A stretch of DNA of 64,000 nt from IMG/VR virus record IMGVR_UViG_3300000318_000003. The stretch is one strand, 5' to 3'. Of the stretch, positions 35,999-47,357 are shown one piece after another. Source of the DNA: a virus. A model generated the notes under the pieces. That model made no database searches and was not told the origin of the DNA. It was given only the letters and a program-made list of their open reading frames with translations. A program made the position numbers and the translations under genes. Each line of letters begins with the position of its first letter. Positions within the stretch are counted from its first letter, which is position 1.

Positions 35999-37468
35999 TT
36001 ACGCTTGTCCTACCTCTACATCAACGAATGCAGACAACATTTGTACTTTTACTGGTTCAGTTACTGTAACTCTAAGCACTAAGTCACGTCCATAACCACA
36101 GCGAGGCCAACGTGCTCTAGTCCTGTAAGTACCTATTTTACCAATACGTGCATACATAGGGTTCATCCATGTTTGTCCCCCATCTTTACTAATTTCTAAT
36201 GTAACTCTAGGATCAACACTAGCTGGAGTATTGACATTGTTTTGCACAAGTCCTACACCGAATGTAAAGTCTACTTCCATAAGTCTTAAGAACATGTTGT
36301 TAAGATTTTCACTTACGTGTGGAGACTGTCTTATACGTCTAATCATATTACCGTTGTCAGTATAAGTTTCTAAGTCTAGCATATAGATATTGCCATTGCG
36401 ATAATCACCAACAATGTGAACGTTGTTCAACACACAATGTCCTTCTGCTAAATTACGTCCTGTAATACCATTAACAGTGCTTTGTCTTTCGTGCCATTGT
36501 CCTACAGAAACATCGTAGACCCAAGTGGTATCGTTACCGGGGATGTTTAAGCAATAGAAGTAGTGCCCTTCTTGCTGATACGAATAAGCAGTTGCTTGAC
36601 TTAAATCCCCTATGTTTTGCAAGTAATATTCTACAGCATTCGTAGAAACTCTAGCGGGTGCTGCATTACTTAATGTGTAGACTACCCCACCGCCCTGAGC
36701 ATTAGAGCCTAGCCAAAAAATAGTCTCGCCTAAAATCTTAACACTTTGCGGAGCAACACAGCCAATTTGGCTGTTACGTCCATCTTGACGCTGAAACGGC
36801 GTGCTACCAGAGGCACCAGAGTCCCACCATATTTCAGTAGTTCTAGCTCCAAGGACATAAAGCTGTCTAGAAACACTAATAACAGCCATAAGAATATCAC
36901 TGTTACCAGTTTTAGCTGCAAGATTAAGTGCAGGGAAAGTTACATCATACAAGTCACTAATAAACAACTGAGTTGTTCCAACTCTATTAAAAATCAAGTA
37001 TCCGTCCTGGAATGTAACAGTTGCAGCAGGATAGAAGTTATTAGAGATAATTTGTTGTATCTTAGTTTCACCTATAGTCTGGTAATAGCCATACTGACCA
37101 TCAACAATCACTACTTGATTTCCGTTGTCAGCAATGCTAACTGGGCCTTCATGTGTAAGTAAATTACCTTCTAGTAATATAGGCTGCGCATTAGCACCAC
37201 TAATTTGATACACCGAATTACCGCTAACAACAATTGCAACGTCCAAGTTACTAATAGTATACAACCCGCGTATAGGCCCTGTTCCTAAGGTTTGTAGAAA
37301 CTTTAGCCCTGGAGTTCCGATTAGTGTTGCAGGTTCTTGGCCTTTGCCTCCACCTGTTTCATCTAACTCGATGTAATAGTTAATAAGGCGCTGGCAATCA
37401 AATCTATGCACTCTTGAAACGTACGATGGTCCGACAAAACCGGGTATTCTTTTCTTATTTTCTGCCAT
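35999..37468 (-). CDS. gp10-like tail hub (copy 2)
   Basis: Identical translation to 538-2007. Confidence 0.85.
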   Translation of the reverse strand: MAENKKRIPGFVGPSYVSRVHRFDCQRLINYYIELDETGGGKGQEPATLIGTPGLKFLQTLGTGPIRGLYTISNLDVAIVVSGNSVYQISGANAQPILLEGNLLTHEGPVSIADNGNQVVIVDGQYGYYQTIGETKIQQIISNNFYPAATVTFQDGYLIFNRVGTTQLFISDLYDVTFPALNLAAKTGNSDILMAVISVSRQLYVLGARTTEIWWDSGASGSTPFQRQDGRNSQIGCVAPQSVKILGETIFWLGSNAQGGGVVYTLSNAAPARVSTNAVEYYLQNIGDLSQATAYSYQQEGHYFYCLNIPGNDTTWVYDVSVGQWHERQSTVNGITGRNLAEGHCVLNNVHIVGDYRNGNIYMLDLETYTDNGNMIRRIRQSPHVSENLNNMFLRLMEVDFTFGVGLVQNNVNTPASVDPRVTLEISKDGGQTWMNPMYARIGKIGTYRTRARWPRCGYGRDLVLRVTVTEPVKVQMLSAFVDVEVGQA

Positions 37469-37476
37469 AATTTTCC

Positions 37477-37989
37477 TTAAAGAGGTGTAGGACTAATAAA
37501 TCCTATCCAGTCGTGATACTTACTAAGTGCAGGAATAACACAAGGAGTTCTATACTGTGCTCTAATATATCCCATAACCATGCCGTTGTAATCCTCGATC
37601 TGCACGTAATCAATTGCTCTACCACCTAAGGGTATAGTAGCATAGATGTAACCTACAAGATTAGACTCAGGATCATACCACACCTGATCGTAACTAGGAG
37701 GACTAGGTGGGGGTGGTACCGGAACCCATCCTGGAACAGTCGAAGTATCATTGCTGGGAGGTTGTGGATTATCACTATTAGGGAACACGAATCCCATCGG
37801 CAACCCATCAACTGTGTCTAACTCGAAAGTCATGTTGTCGCCAGGAGTGTTGCGCAACCACCCAGCATCTGAGCCATCATTAAATGTAAACTGGGTATAA
37901 GAACCCGAAGTTGCATTTATAGCAGAAGCATACCCAATAAGTTGCCCGTTGATGTCGGTATATTGTTGGCCAGTGTAAGGTAATGACAT
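37477..37989 (-). CDS. Hypothetical repeat protein (copy 2)
   Basis: Copy of 2016-2528. Confidence 0.7.
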   Translation of the reverse strand: MSLPYTGQQYTDINGQLIGYASAINATSGSYTQFTFNDGSDAGWLRNTPGDNMTFELDTVDGLPMGFVFPNSDNPQPPSNDTSTVPGWVPVPPPPSPPSYDQVWYDPESNLVGYIYATIPLGGRAIDYVQIEDYNGMVMGYIRAQYRTPCVIPALSKYHDWIGFISPTPL

Positions 37990-37990
37990 A

Positions 37991-38731
37991 TTAGTTGTTT
38001 CCGAAGGACCAGAAGTTACCTGTTATCCAGTTAAAGTATCGATTACGTCCACTTCTCGACATTCCGCCATCACCACGCATGTAACGAGGAACAGAGTTAA
38101 GTCTTTCTAACTCAAGTTTAGCATTTATTGCAGTTTGTACTACTTCTGGGGCAACAGTCTTGCCGTATTCTGCAGCTAATTCTACTGCTAAGTTAAATCT
38201 AAAAGCACGTTCATAACCAGGAGGGTATGTAACTGGAGCATCGATGTCAGTCAAATCAAGCAAAGGTTCACGTAACCAAAGCACAATATCAGCAGGGCCG
38301 TTAGGAACAGGGAATAAAGTTACATTTCTAAGCGGATAATCACCGTCATCATAGTAAGCAAATGGGAATGTACTAGGTGTGTTCTTAACTGCAACTCCAG
38401 CATACTGTTCAACGGTAAGTGGTTGCATTGCAATATCAAGTTGTTGTGGAGAATTAGGCTGCAATCTTGCATAAGCAGTTTCGATCGCCATCGGACGCTG
38501 AACATCCCAGTCACCACCGATACCAAGTGTATAAGTCTTTTGTCCAGTAAGTGGGAACACGTATTCTTTAATATTGTAAATCATCAGCCTATTATTAGAC
38601 CAAGACTCAATTAAAGCATCCAGTGCATAAACAGCAGTGTTCATTTCTTCTGCACTAAGCGACTCGTTTTGCTGAATGATATTAATAAGTCGAGCCGAAC
38701 TATTAATCATATCTCGTAATGTTTTAGCCAT
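37991..38731 (-). CDS. gp4-like adaptor (copy 2)
   Basis: Copy of 2530-3270. Confidence 0.8.
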   Translation of the reverse strand: MAKTLRDMINSSARLINIIQQNESLSAEEMNTAVYALDALIESWSNNRLMIYNIKEYVFPLTGQKTYTLGIGGDWDVQRPMAIETAYARLQPNSPQQLDIAMQPLTVEQYAGVAVKNTPSTFPFAYYDDGDYPLRNVTLFPVPNGPADIVLWLREPLLDLTDIDAPVTYPPGYERAFRFNLAVELAAEYGKTVAPEVVQTAINAKLELERLNSVPRYMRGDGGMSRSGRNRYFNWITGNFWSFGNN

Positions 38732-38802
38732 ACGTGTTCCTTTTGATATATTTATGCGCAATAAGAAAAGGGGCCGAAGCCCCTTTTAAGTAGTTTATCA
38801 GT

Positions 38803-39000
38803 TTAAGCTAAAAGGCCTAAAGCTTGAAGTGCTGCTACCACACCAGCCACAGTAGTAATACCGGAACCAGCTTGCTGTGCTACACCTGTTGCACCGTAGA
38901 AACCAAGAGTTTCTGAAGCCTTTTGACCAACCACGACACCCATTTGCGATCCACCAGTTGCGGTAGGATTGCTTGTGCCTTCAATATTTGGAGCTGCCAT
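38803..39000 (-). CDS. Head decoration-like protein (copy 2)
   Basis: Copy of 3342-3539. Confidence 0.6.
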   Translation of the reverse strand: MAAPNIEGTSNPTATGGSQMGVVVGQKASETLGFYGATGVAQQAGSGITTVAGVVAALQALGLLA

Positions 39001-39057
39001 AATATATTTTCCTTTAAAAGTGTTAAAATGGGAGGACTATTAATCCTCCCTACTTAC

Positions 39058-40302
39058 TTAGTTAGTTGCGATACGAACACCAAGTTGATCGTACAATGTA
39101 GCCCAGGCAAACATCACGTCGAAACGCAAGATTTCTTGGTTTGTACGAATATCAGGCATTTGTTGAACACGAATTGGAATACGTGTTTGATCATCAGTTG
39201 TAGTCTTGCCAAGACCAACGCTGTAGGGCATAAGTTCCTTAGCAGCAAGCACAATAGCATCGCGATCGAAAGCCAAAGCGTTCTGAGTTGTAACACCAGA
39301 AGCACCAGCGATAGTGATTGCGTCACCAGAAGCAGGAGCACGGGAAACGTTCTGGAAACCACCAGTTGTAACAATAGCTGGGGAAACAGTCATTGTAATT
39401 GCACCAGAAGTATCAGAAACAGTGTTAACAACAGTGAATTGCTGCAATGTAGCAATTGTCTGCTTTGTTTGTGCGTTAACCATGTAAACACCAGCGATAG
39501 TGAACACGTCACCAGCGTTAAGTGTCGTAGCACCCGATGTCCAACCAGATGTGCTCAATGTAGAGCTTGTAGACCATGTGCTGTTAGCAGGGACAGTCGA
39601 AGCAACTACTGGAGTACCACCGTACACACCGTTAGTGTGGGACTGAACAAGCTGGTTCATGAAAACACGGAACGAGCTGAAGTCACCTTGGTAACCAGAA
39701 GTATACATCTTACTGATTTCAGCACCTGGGTGGAAATATGTAAGATTCGATGTTGCAAGAACAGAGTTGAAATCCGGATCGTTAAGCAATGTCTTACGAC
39801 CTGCTTCGTTAGGTGCAAGGTTCTTGTTAAGCAATGCAAGAGCCTTTGTGATTGCAGGAAGAGCGGTACCAGAAGCGCCACCAGTAAGTGCAACACCAGG
39901 AGTACCAACCAAGCCATAAAACTTGTTGATAAGTGCTTGACCTTGTGCTTCAACTTCAGAAGCGATACGCTGAACCGATGGCTCAACAACCTTAACGAAG
40001 TAGTCTTCTACAGAGAATGTCAATTCTTGCGAAGTAAGCGCATAGTCAGTACCAACTGGGTTAGTAAAGCTAAGTGGGCTGTAAGTTTCAGTAACTGCCT
40101 GAATATCAACCACAGAACCTGTACGCACTGTTGGGCGAATAGGACGACGAATGTTGATAGTCTGACCGATCTGAGCGGACTTAACGCCAAAATCAGAGTC
40201 GAAATCGCGGTTAACACGCTTTGCTAAGTCAAGAGTGTTACCAAGAACGATAGCAGCATCACGAGAAATCATGCTGATCGTTAAGAGGGTATTAGCTGTC
40301 AT
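39058..40302 (-). CDS. Major capsid protein (copy 2)
   Basis: Copy of 3597-4841. Confidence 0.88.
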   Translation of the reverse strand: MTANTLLTISMISRDAAIVLGNTLDLAKRVNRDFDSDFGVKSAQIGQTINIRRPIRPTVRTGSVVDIQAVTETYSPLSFTNPVGTDYALTSQELTFSVEDYFVKVVEPSVQRIASEVEAQGQALINKFYGLVGTPGVALTGGASGTALPAITKALALLNKNLAPNEAGRKTLLNDPDFNSVLATSNLTYFHPGAEISKMYTSGYQGDFSSFRVFMNQLVQSHTNGVYGGTPVVASTVPANSTWSTSSTLSTSGWTSGATTLNAGDVFTIAGVYMVNAQTKQTIATLQQFTVVNTVSDTSGAITMTVSPAIVTTGGFQNVSRAPASGDAITIAGASGVTTQNALAFDRDAIVLAAKELMPYSVGLGKTTTDDQTRIPIRVQQMPDIRTNQEILRFDVMFAWATLYDQLGVRIATN

Positions 40303-40320
40303 AATAAAATTCCAAATAAA

Positions 40321-41217
40321 TTAAAAACGTTTCTTTTTAGCCATTCTAAGTTCGCGATACTCGGCTTGCGACAAGTTGGGATCCGTTAAGGACTTTACAA
40401 CCGGTGCAGCACCTTTTTCAGAAGTAACTGGAGCAGGAGCTCTACTTACTTTAACGACCTTAGCAGGCTTGGTTTCCTTTGCACCCGCATTAGATAACCT
40501 ATCCTCCAGTTTACCCAGCTCAATGAGTCTGCGATGGCCCGGTAATGCCGCGATACGATCCATTTCATCAGTATTCGTAGCCAAATGATAAGCAATTTTA
40601 GGGCCTATATCGGACTCGAATGCAACTTGTAAAAACTCTGGTAACTTGCTTAAATCATAGTCCTCTTGAAGTTCTTGTATAACTTCGTAATAATCGGACT
40701 GTGCCTTAGCAAATTCCTCTTCGCGTTGCTTGTAATTTTGCTGAACACTCTTTTGTGTGTTCTTTTGCTCTATTTCTTGCAACTTGCTATTAAGTTTCCA
40801 CTCAGTAACTGCATCTGTGTACGCTTCGATATCATTGTAATCTTCGAACTTAGGGCGAGTTTCTGTATTTGCGGCAGGTTTAGACTGTTCACCGTTAACT
40901 TTCTTAACCAGTTCCTCAATTACACGATCTCTTTCCGCAATCTTTCGATTCATACGCTCGATGCGTTTTTCGAAACCACGCTTGGATTTCTTCTCTGTGT
41001 TCGTATCGTTTTCGCTATCAGTGCTATCATCGGCACTGTCATCACTAATGTCGTCCTCATTAGTAGCTTCGGAAGTAGCTGCATCCTCTGCACTTTCCAC
41101 AGTTTCTGATTCTGTGTCCACAACTTCGGTGGTTTCAGCTGCAAAATGTCTCGGTGTTACATCTGCAACTTCAGTGTTGTTTACCGGTTCGGTAGAACTT
41201 ACTTGGTTTTCGATCAT
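40321..41217 (-). CDS. Scaffolding protein (copy 2)
   Basis: Copy of 4860-5756. Confidence 0.82.
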   Translation of the reverse strand: MIENQVSSTEPVNNTEVADVTPRHFAAETTEVVDTESETVESAEDAATSEATNEDDISDDSADDSTDSENDTNTEKKSKRGFEKRIERMNRKIAERDRVIEELVKKVNGEQSKPAANTETRPKFEDYNDIEAYTDAVTEWKLNSKLQEIEQKNTQKSVQQNYKQREEEFAKAQSDYYEVIQELQEDYDLSKLPEFLQVAFESDIGPKIAYHLATNTDEMDRIAALPGHRRLIELGKLEDRLSNAGAKETKPAKVVKVSRAPAPVTSEKGAAPVVKSLTDPNLSQAEYRELRMAKKKRF

Positions 41218-41296
41218 TTAAGCCAATCCTTTGATTGTAATTTTTACCGGATTAAGACAGTAATCCGTAACTGTTTCTTATTTATATTCTGATAAG

Positions 41297-43480
41297 TTAT
41301 TCTAATGACTTATCAAGGCCTTCAGTGTCACCTAATTGCGATTTTTCTGCAATTTCTGGTGCATTCATGCGGTCAATGTGCTGAATTTCTATTTCGTGAG
41401 CACCATGCAACATGTCAGTAGCAACTTCTACACCTGCAAGAGCAAGTTTTTCCTTCTCAATAGCAAGTTGTTCCTTTTGAATCTTAATTTCTTGTTCCTT
41501 AACCAAGAACTCCAGTTCTGTCTTTTGTTCTTCAAGGGAAAGAGTCTTAATCTTCACGTCGTGATCAAGTTGCACCTTAGTCATGTCAACCTTGGACTTC
41601 ATCTTTTCTAATTGCAATTCGTCCTTAGCAATCTTAAGTTCCTGTTCTACTTGCATAGCATGAGCATTAAGAGCTTCAAGGTGTTGTTGCATCATTTGCA
41701 CTTGCGATTTTAACTGCGGAACCAGTGCAGCAGCATCTTTTGGATTTGCCTTACGTGCTTGTAACACTTGTGGAGGTACCATAGCTTCAAGACTATCAGC
41801 AATTTGTTTAGCACCAGGCCAGTCCATGTGTCGAACAGCAATATCGGCAACTGCTGGAGCAGCTTGTGGATACACGCTAATAAGATTTGTAACTGCTTCT
41901 ACAGTTTCTTGTCTCTTTGTGCCGAATCCAGGGCCAGTTTGAATGCTAACAGAGTAATCACCTTCGGTGAGATCGTACTCTACAATACCTGCTTCGTTAG
42001 GCTGATTAATTGCAATGCTACGCTTCTTGCCGTCTTGGGACATAATTTGCACATTTCGTGCAGAGTCATAGATAACAGGGATAGCTTCAACAATAATACA
42101 ACCTACGTGCTGAATAGATCTGCTAAGGTTATCGTAAAAGTGATAGTTCGAGTTGTATGCTTGATGCTGACGTGCTAAAATAGCTTTGCCCGACTCTGGC
42201 GCAACTTGTGATTGCGAAGGGTCAAACGTGCCGAATATGCTCTTAAGGTCTTCTTGAGCTTCTTCTACCATTCTAGTGCTAGCTTGTATAGGAACTTCGC
42301 CTAAATCTCTGCTAGGTGGAGGAGCACCTTCGTCTTTGTTGTAAGTCATGAAAGCTTGGTTACTAACGTTAATATTAGCCCATTCTTGTTCATAAGTCTT
42401 AAACTGTGCAGCAGTACCAATGTAGGGAGCCTTGGGTGCCATTTGCAGCAACTGTGCTCTCCAGGACATAGCATAATTCAATTGCACTTGTGCTTCAACT
42501 GCTGGTTCAACAGCACCTACAAGTTTACGCTTGCCTTCTAACCAGTATTCATCGCCCTTTACAGGAACAATAGGAATGTAGCTACCAGGCCACTCTGTCT
42601 CTTCAAGAACTTCTACATCGTTAAGTTTGCACCAGCGAATAATAGGTTCGTTTACAAGTCTTTCTTGAATAATACTAAGCTCACCAGCCTTAACCATGTC
42701 CTTATCTACATCATCTGTAACAAAGATTTCGCCAGTAAGATTGTTCAAGACTTGATAAAGCTTCTTAGTAACGTAATCCTTGTAGTAATATTCGCAAATA
42801 AGAATAGTACCATCGTTAGTCCACTTTTGATCACTAGAAACCCAGCCGATTTCCTTAAGTTCTTCAAGGTCTTCTAAAGTTTCTGTTCCCGATAACTTAC
42901 GTGCAAGTTTAGTATGTCCATATCTGCGCTTGTAATCTTCAATCGACAGTGTTGTAGAAATGAATGCATATTCGCAGTCGCTGCCATCAAGGCTTTGCTG
43001 ATTGGGATCCAGCATAACTGTGTTAACATCTTCTACTGCTTCGATAACAATCTCTTGATCCATGGACTTGTTATCTTTGTATTCGGATCTTACGCGAATA
43101 TAACCGATACCCACGGATGCAGCACTTTCGGCAGCAGTGCAATAAGCAATTTCAGCCTTAGATTCTTCTTGAATGTTGCGAATAAGATCGTTAAGCACTT
43201 CTGCTTTCTCTTCGTCAGCATCTGTTCTTGGATCTATTTGAATTTCAGGAGTATTCTTACGGATTTCGTTAGTAATTTGTCTTAGGAAAGTAGGAATACG
43301 ATTGCTGGTCATTGCAGCATAACCAGCGTTTTCGAAGTTTTGCCTAGCAGTGTAGGTCCATTGATCTCCAGCAATGAACTGCAACAGCTCACTGTTCTTT
43401 TGTTTCATTTCAGACCAGTAAGTGTGGCAGTGGTCGTAACGCTTCTTTGCCTCTTTTAGAATTTCGTTATTCTTTGACAT
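41297..43480 (-). CDS. Portal protein (copy 2)
   Basis: Copy of 5836-8019. Confidence 0.92.
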   Translation of the reverse strand: MSKNNEILKEAKKRYDHCHTYWSEMKQKNSELLQFIAGDQWTYTARQNFENAGYAAMTSNRIPTFLRQITNEIRKNTPEIQIDPRTDADEEKAEVLNDLIRNIQEESKAEIAYCTAAESAASVGIGYIRVRSEYKDNKSMDQEIVIEAVEDVNTVMLDPNQQSLDGSDCEYAFISTTLSIEDYKRRYGHTKLARKLSGTETLEDLEELKEIGWVSSDQKWTNDGTILICEYYYKDYVTKKLYQVLNNLTGEIFVTDDVDKDMVKAGELSIIQERLVNEPIIRWCKLNDVEVLEETEWPGSYIPIVPVKGDEYWLEGKRKLVGAVEPAVEAQVQLNYAMSWRAQLLQMAPKAPYIGTAAQFKTYEQEWANINVSNQAFMTYNKDEGAPPPSRDLGEVPIQASTRMVEEAQEDLKSIFGTFDPSQSQVAPESGKAILARQHQAYNSNYHFYDNLSRSIQHVGCIIVEAIPVIYDSARNVQIMSQDGKKRSIAINQPNEAGIVEYDLTEGDYSVSIQTGPGFGTKRQETVEAVTNLISVYPQAAPAVADIAVRHMDWPGAKQIADSLEAMVPPQVLQARKANPKDAAALVPQLKSQVQMMQQHLEALNAHAMQVEQELKIAKDELQLEKMKSKVDMTKVQLDHDVKIKTLSLEEQKTELEFLVKEQEIKIQKEQLAIEKEKLALAGVEVATDMLHGAHEIEIQHIDRMNAPEIAEKSQLGDTEGLDKSLE

Positions 43481-43489
43481 ATGTTCCTT

Positions 43490-44023
43490 TTAAGGTGTTC
43501 TATAAGCAATTACTTCTTCGGCACCAGCATTATGCAGTTCCTTGCCATCAATCTTTAATGTATAGCAATCCGATTTATAAGCAATTAATATTTCATCACC
43601 TTTATTTACTCCGGATTTGGGACCACATGCAATGACTTTGCACCACACTGGCTCGAATTCCTTTGTTACAGTCTTTTTAGCAAGAATAATGCCGGATTCT
43701 GTTACTTCTTCTGGCTTTGTAATGTGTTCATACAAGATTGTACCAGCAGTGCAGTTCAATTCGTCGTTGTGTTTATAAGCGATAACCGAAGCATCGCTTG
43801 TATTATTCAGCTTCTTGCCGTCTATGTTTAAATCCATTGTCGTTACTCTCTTACTCAATAGCAATTCATCACCAGCAGTAAGCACACTATCGGGTCCTGC
43901 TGCCACACACTTAGCCCAACCGGTTTCTTTACTAAGATCCTGTGTTAGGTAAATGCTACCGTGTTTCTTTTCACCTTCGGGTGGCCATTCGAATATTACG
44001 TTTGTTGTCGTACACTTAATCAT
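43490..44023 (-). CDS. Tandem GroES-like protein (copy 2)
   Basis: Copy of 8029-8562. Confidence 0.72.
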   Translation of the reverse strand: MIKCTTTNVIFEWPPEGEKKHGSIYLTQDLSKETGWAKCVAAGPDSVLTAGDELLLSKRVTTMDLNIDGKKLNNTSDASVIAYKHNDELNCTAGTILYEHITKPEEVTESGIILAKKTVTKEFEPVWCKVIACGPKSGVNKGDEILIAYKSDCYTLKIDGKELHNAGAEEVIAYRTP

Positions 44024-44519
44024 TTTAACCCTTGTTTTTTTGTGCGTAATCTGCAATATGCTTGAAATATATCATTTAAAGAACATTGTAGTTTGCCTTT
44101 TTCTTCAAGCTCAAGTATTTGTTTAATTGGTAATTTTATTACAGTATCAGCATAAGCTTTATCTAAGTTGTATAATCCTAAAGGATCCCTAACAAATTTG
44201 CACAATGAGTAGTATAGTTTCATTTTGCTTCCTTAAGTGCTTTGATTTCTGCTTTGAGTTTTGCTATCTCTTGAAATGCTTTAGCTGCTACATTTGCTAA
44301 AGACTTAGGGACATCATCTATATCTCTAATTCTAATGTTCAAACCTGTTTCTTCATCATGATAGTAAGATTCGTATTTTATAGGTGTTTGGTTCATTTGT
44401 TTTCCTTTTTGTTGCCGAATATTTTGTCGTAGTTGTCGCGAAACTTTTGTTGATCTTCGGGGCGTCGCTTGTCCCCTTTGCCGCCGTCACTCATTGTATA
44501 GTTCCTTTAAGTGATGTAT

Positions 44520-45986
44520 TTATCGCCTAATTAGCGATTGCGGGCGATACTGAGTTGACACCATACCCGGCATGTAAGGAGCAGGTGCAGCTTGCATTTC
44601 GTTCACAGCTAAGTCTCTGCCAGTCATTATGCCATAGCGAAAAGCGTCCATCAAGTGATCCTTTTCCTTAACAATTCTACCCTTATCATCCCTACGATAG
44701 ATTTGATACTCATCAAAGAATTTCTTAAGGTCATCGAATATCTTAAGTCTTCCACTACTCATTAGTTCCCAACAGGTGTAGAGTCCAGTTTCGACACTCT
44801 TATCCGCATTATGCAAATCTAATCCTAAGTCCTTGTACATGTCGAAAAGGTTCTTGCCGTCAATTTGACTACGTCCATGAGCGGCGTGGTCAATAGCAAT
44901 AGGAATCCACTTACCAGGGAGAATAATACTTGCGGCATGAACAGCAGGTAACTCTCCTTCTCTATAGTATTCGTGATAAGCATAGTGAACACCGGTGTCG
45001 GGATTGATAGCAAACCATATTGCAGCAGTCTTGTTACCGACGTCCATGCCTGCATAGCGTTTCCAGTGCTTAGGGATTTCGAAGCGTGGAACTTTAATAT
45101 CACTCATAGGAATAGGATAAATTGCACCGGATCCCATACTAGGAATACCACGTGTTCTTGCATCACGTTGCCATGGAGGAATAGATGCCATTAATTGCAC
45201 CTTATCGCTTTCGCTAAGATGCGGAACATCGTCCCAAGTACAGAATGTAGCGTGTTTACCAGGACCTACTTCGCCTTCGCGGAAGTCTGCTCCTTCAAAG
45301 AAGTTCTGCACTGTTCCTGAAATGCCATCTAACGGTGTGAAAGTCATCATTAAGATGAGTGGATCTACACTTGTCGAAGCAGTTCTTAGCAAACATTCTG
45401 TAAAGATAGGAAGCGGAGGCTCTTCGTCTAACCAAATATTAGCAGCAACTGACTGAAAAGTCCTGCGCCCAGATTCGTAACTCTTAAATTCTATGCTCGA
45501 AAATCCACCACTAGCGTGCTTAATCTTAAACACTTGAATGCCAGTATCGGCTTTCTTAGCTTCTTTAAGAGTATCAAAGTCTAAGCAGTCATAGGGTATC
45601 ATGCCAGTGCCGAATTCACCCACTTTTCCAAGCAAAGCCGGTTGCAATGCTGATTGTATAAGTGCAGAATCAACACCGCACACCCACCAGTTATTAGGGT
45701 GTTCAAAGCGCTTACCTTGCCACCAGTGCGGATACCTGCCAGTCACGTGACAAGTAATTTCGAAGCTTGCTGCAAAGGTTTTACCGACACGGTTTGCTGC
45801 CTGAAAAAGGCGTAATTTATAGGCCGATCCCGCTTTAAAGAACTGCATATGCTTTGCATAGAGTTCCCTGCGATTTTCGCCAGAATCTGGGTAAAATTTG
45901 TCGATAGCGTTGCGTTTAATACGTAGATTGCGCTCTTCGATTAGTTGTAGTAGTTCTATTTTTTCTTCTGTTGTCAGTCCGAACAT
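44520..45986 (-). CDS. terL: Terminase large subunit (copy 2)
   Basis: Copy of 9059-10525. Confidence 0.95.
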   Translation of the reverse strand: MFGLTTEEKIELLQLIEERNLRIKRNAIDKFYPDSGENRRELYAKHMQFFKAGSAYKLRLFQAANRVGKTFAASFEITCHVTGRYPHWWQGKRFEHPNNWWVCGVDSALIQSALQPALLGKVGEFGTGMIPYDCLDFDTLKEAKKADTGIQVFKIKHASGGFSSIEFKSYESGRRTFQSVAANIWLDEEPPLPIFTECLLRTASTSVDPLILMMTFTPLDGISGTVQNFFEGADFREGEVGPGKHATFCTWDDVPHLSESDKVQLMASIPPWQRDARTRGIPSMGSGAIYPIPMSDIKVPRFEIPKHWKRYAGMDVGNKTAAIWFAINPDTGVHYAYHEYYREGELPAVHAASIILPGKWIPIAIDHAAHGRSQIDGKNLFDMYKDLGLDLHNADKSVETGLYTCWELMSSGRLKIFDDLKKFFDEYQIYRRDDKGRIVKEKDHLMDAFRYGIMTGRDLAVNEMQAAPAPYMPGMVSTQYRPQSLIRR

Positions 45987-45996
45987 GCTTAATCCA

Positions 45997-46446
45997 TTAA
46001 ATGCAATCAGTGTTGTCTCTTATCATTCTAACAATATCGACACCTCTGTTGCCTACCTGTGTATACCACTGTGAATTTACTAAGGAGAGTGCTGCGGATG
46101 TGAAGACTTCCATGTTCATTGCTGTTAAGAAGTTCTTGAATGCCGATAACCTTGTTCTTCCAAGATTGTAGCACAAATCCACTATTGCACGTTGTCTTAC
46201 ATCACTAAGCTTATCGAAATTCTTTACTAGAAACTTAGCATCCGCAATTGCTGTTCTAATATCACTGTCGAACCACGTTTGCACCTGTTCTTTACTCACA
46301 GTGCAGCCAAGAGGATACTTTGCTGCTTCGTCTCCTATCAGCAAATGTCCTATACCTACAGTGTTAAGGTTCTTTGTATCCTTATAGACAACGTACTTTA
46401 CACCTTCGTGCTTGCATAGTTGTAGGAATAATTTGTTAAGATCCAT
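45997..46446 (-). CDS. Endolysin (copy 2)
   Basis: Copy of 10536-10985. Confidence 0.9.
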   Translation of the reverse strand: MDLNKLFLQLCKHEGVKYVVYKDTKNLNTVGIGHLLIGDEAAKYPLGCTVSKEQVQTWFDSDIRTAIADAKFLVKNFDKLSDVRQRAIVDLCYNLGRTRLSAFKNFLTAMNMEVFTSAALSLVNSQWYTQVGNRGVDIVRMIRDNTDCI

Positions 46447-46786
46447 TGTCTTCCACCGGTTTCGCTATCGCAGCGAGTGTAAGAAGATTGTTGATCTTGT
46501 TATTGAGTTCCGCATCCGTAAGTTCTTCAGCACTGTTGCTTACCGTAACTTCCTGCACTGGTTGCTCTAAGATGCGTTTCGACATATTTTCGTTAAAGAT
46601 GATGTATTCCTTAACATTTTTGTCATTTTGAAAGTCATCGAAAAGTTTCAAGAAAGTAATTGCTTGAATTTCTTGAAAAGTTTTACCGACGTGTTTCTCG
46701 ATTGCTTCACGTAATTCCTTTACGTGAACTCTGTGCTGACCTTTCTTGGCCCCAGCACCTGGCCTTGCTCCGCCATGTCCTGCCAT
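46436..46786 (-). CDS. terS: Terminase small subunit (copy 2)
   Basis: Copy of 10975-11325. Confidence 0.72.
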   Translation of the reverse strand: MAGHGGARPGAGAKKGQHRVHVKELREAIEKHVGKTFQEIQAITFLKLFDDFQNDKNVKEYIIFNENMSKRILEQPVQEVTVSNSAEELTDAELNNKINNLLTLAAIAKPVEDNGS

Positions 46787-46850
46787 ACTGCCTATCCTTT
46801 AAAATAGTAATTTTACCAGCTGAATGCTAAGATTAGCACTCACTGTAGCA

Positions 46851-47357
46851 TTATTTATTAGAAAGTGCGGAGTTTATAGTTAGAAGTGTGTTCCTACACG
46901 ATTCATAAGCAATGTTAATGTTATCCGCTTCTAAAGTTAATTTTTGAAGTAGTCCAGTAAAGTCTGCTGGAAGTACCCCGCTTGCTTCGGAACTGTTTGT
47001 TGTACTATTTCCGGTGTTGGAGGTAGTTGAACTTGCGGTGTCACTACTGGAGGTATTGTGGGTTGGGAGGCGCAGCCTAATAGAAGCCAGCTGCTTATTA
47101 AGATTAGTGATAGTGTTCTTAGCATCGTTGTCTTTAACATCTTGTTGTTCCTTTGCTGTCTTTAGTTGTTCTTCTAAGTGGGAGATGTGTTCAAGTGCAT
47201 TCTTAGCTGCTACGTCTTGTGCATCCAGTATTTGCTTGTAATAGGCTTGTCTTTCTGTGTAAGCATTGTGGTGCCCTACGAAGTAAGTTCCTGCTAATGA
47301 GGCAATAGTTAGTGCAATGATTATTAGAGTTGTGTTCATGCAGATATTTATGGCCAT
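46851..47357 (-). CDS. Rz: Rz-like spanin (copy 2)
   Basis: Copy of 11390-11896. Confidence 0.78.
   Translation of the reverse strand: MAINICMNTTLIIIALTIASLAGTYFVGHHNAYTERQAYYKQILDAQDVAAKNALEHISHLEEQLKTAKEQQDVKDNDAKNTITNLNKQLASIRLRLPTHNTSSSDTASSTTSNTGNSTTNSSEASGVLPADFTGLLQKLTLEADNINIAYESCRNTLLTINSALSNK
46937..47140 (-). CDS. Rz1: Rz1-like spanin (copy 2)
   Basis: Copy of 11476-11679. Confidence 0.8.
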   Translation of the reverse strand: MLKTTMLRTLSLILISSWLLLGCASQPTIPPVVTPQVQLPPTPEIVQQTVPKQAGYFQQTLLDYFKN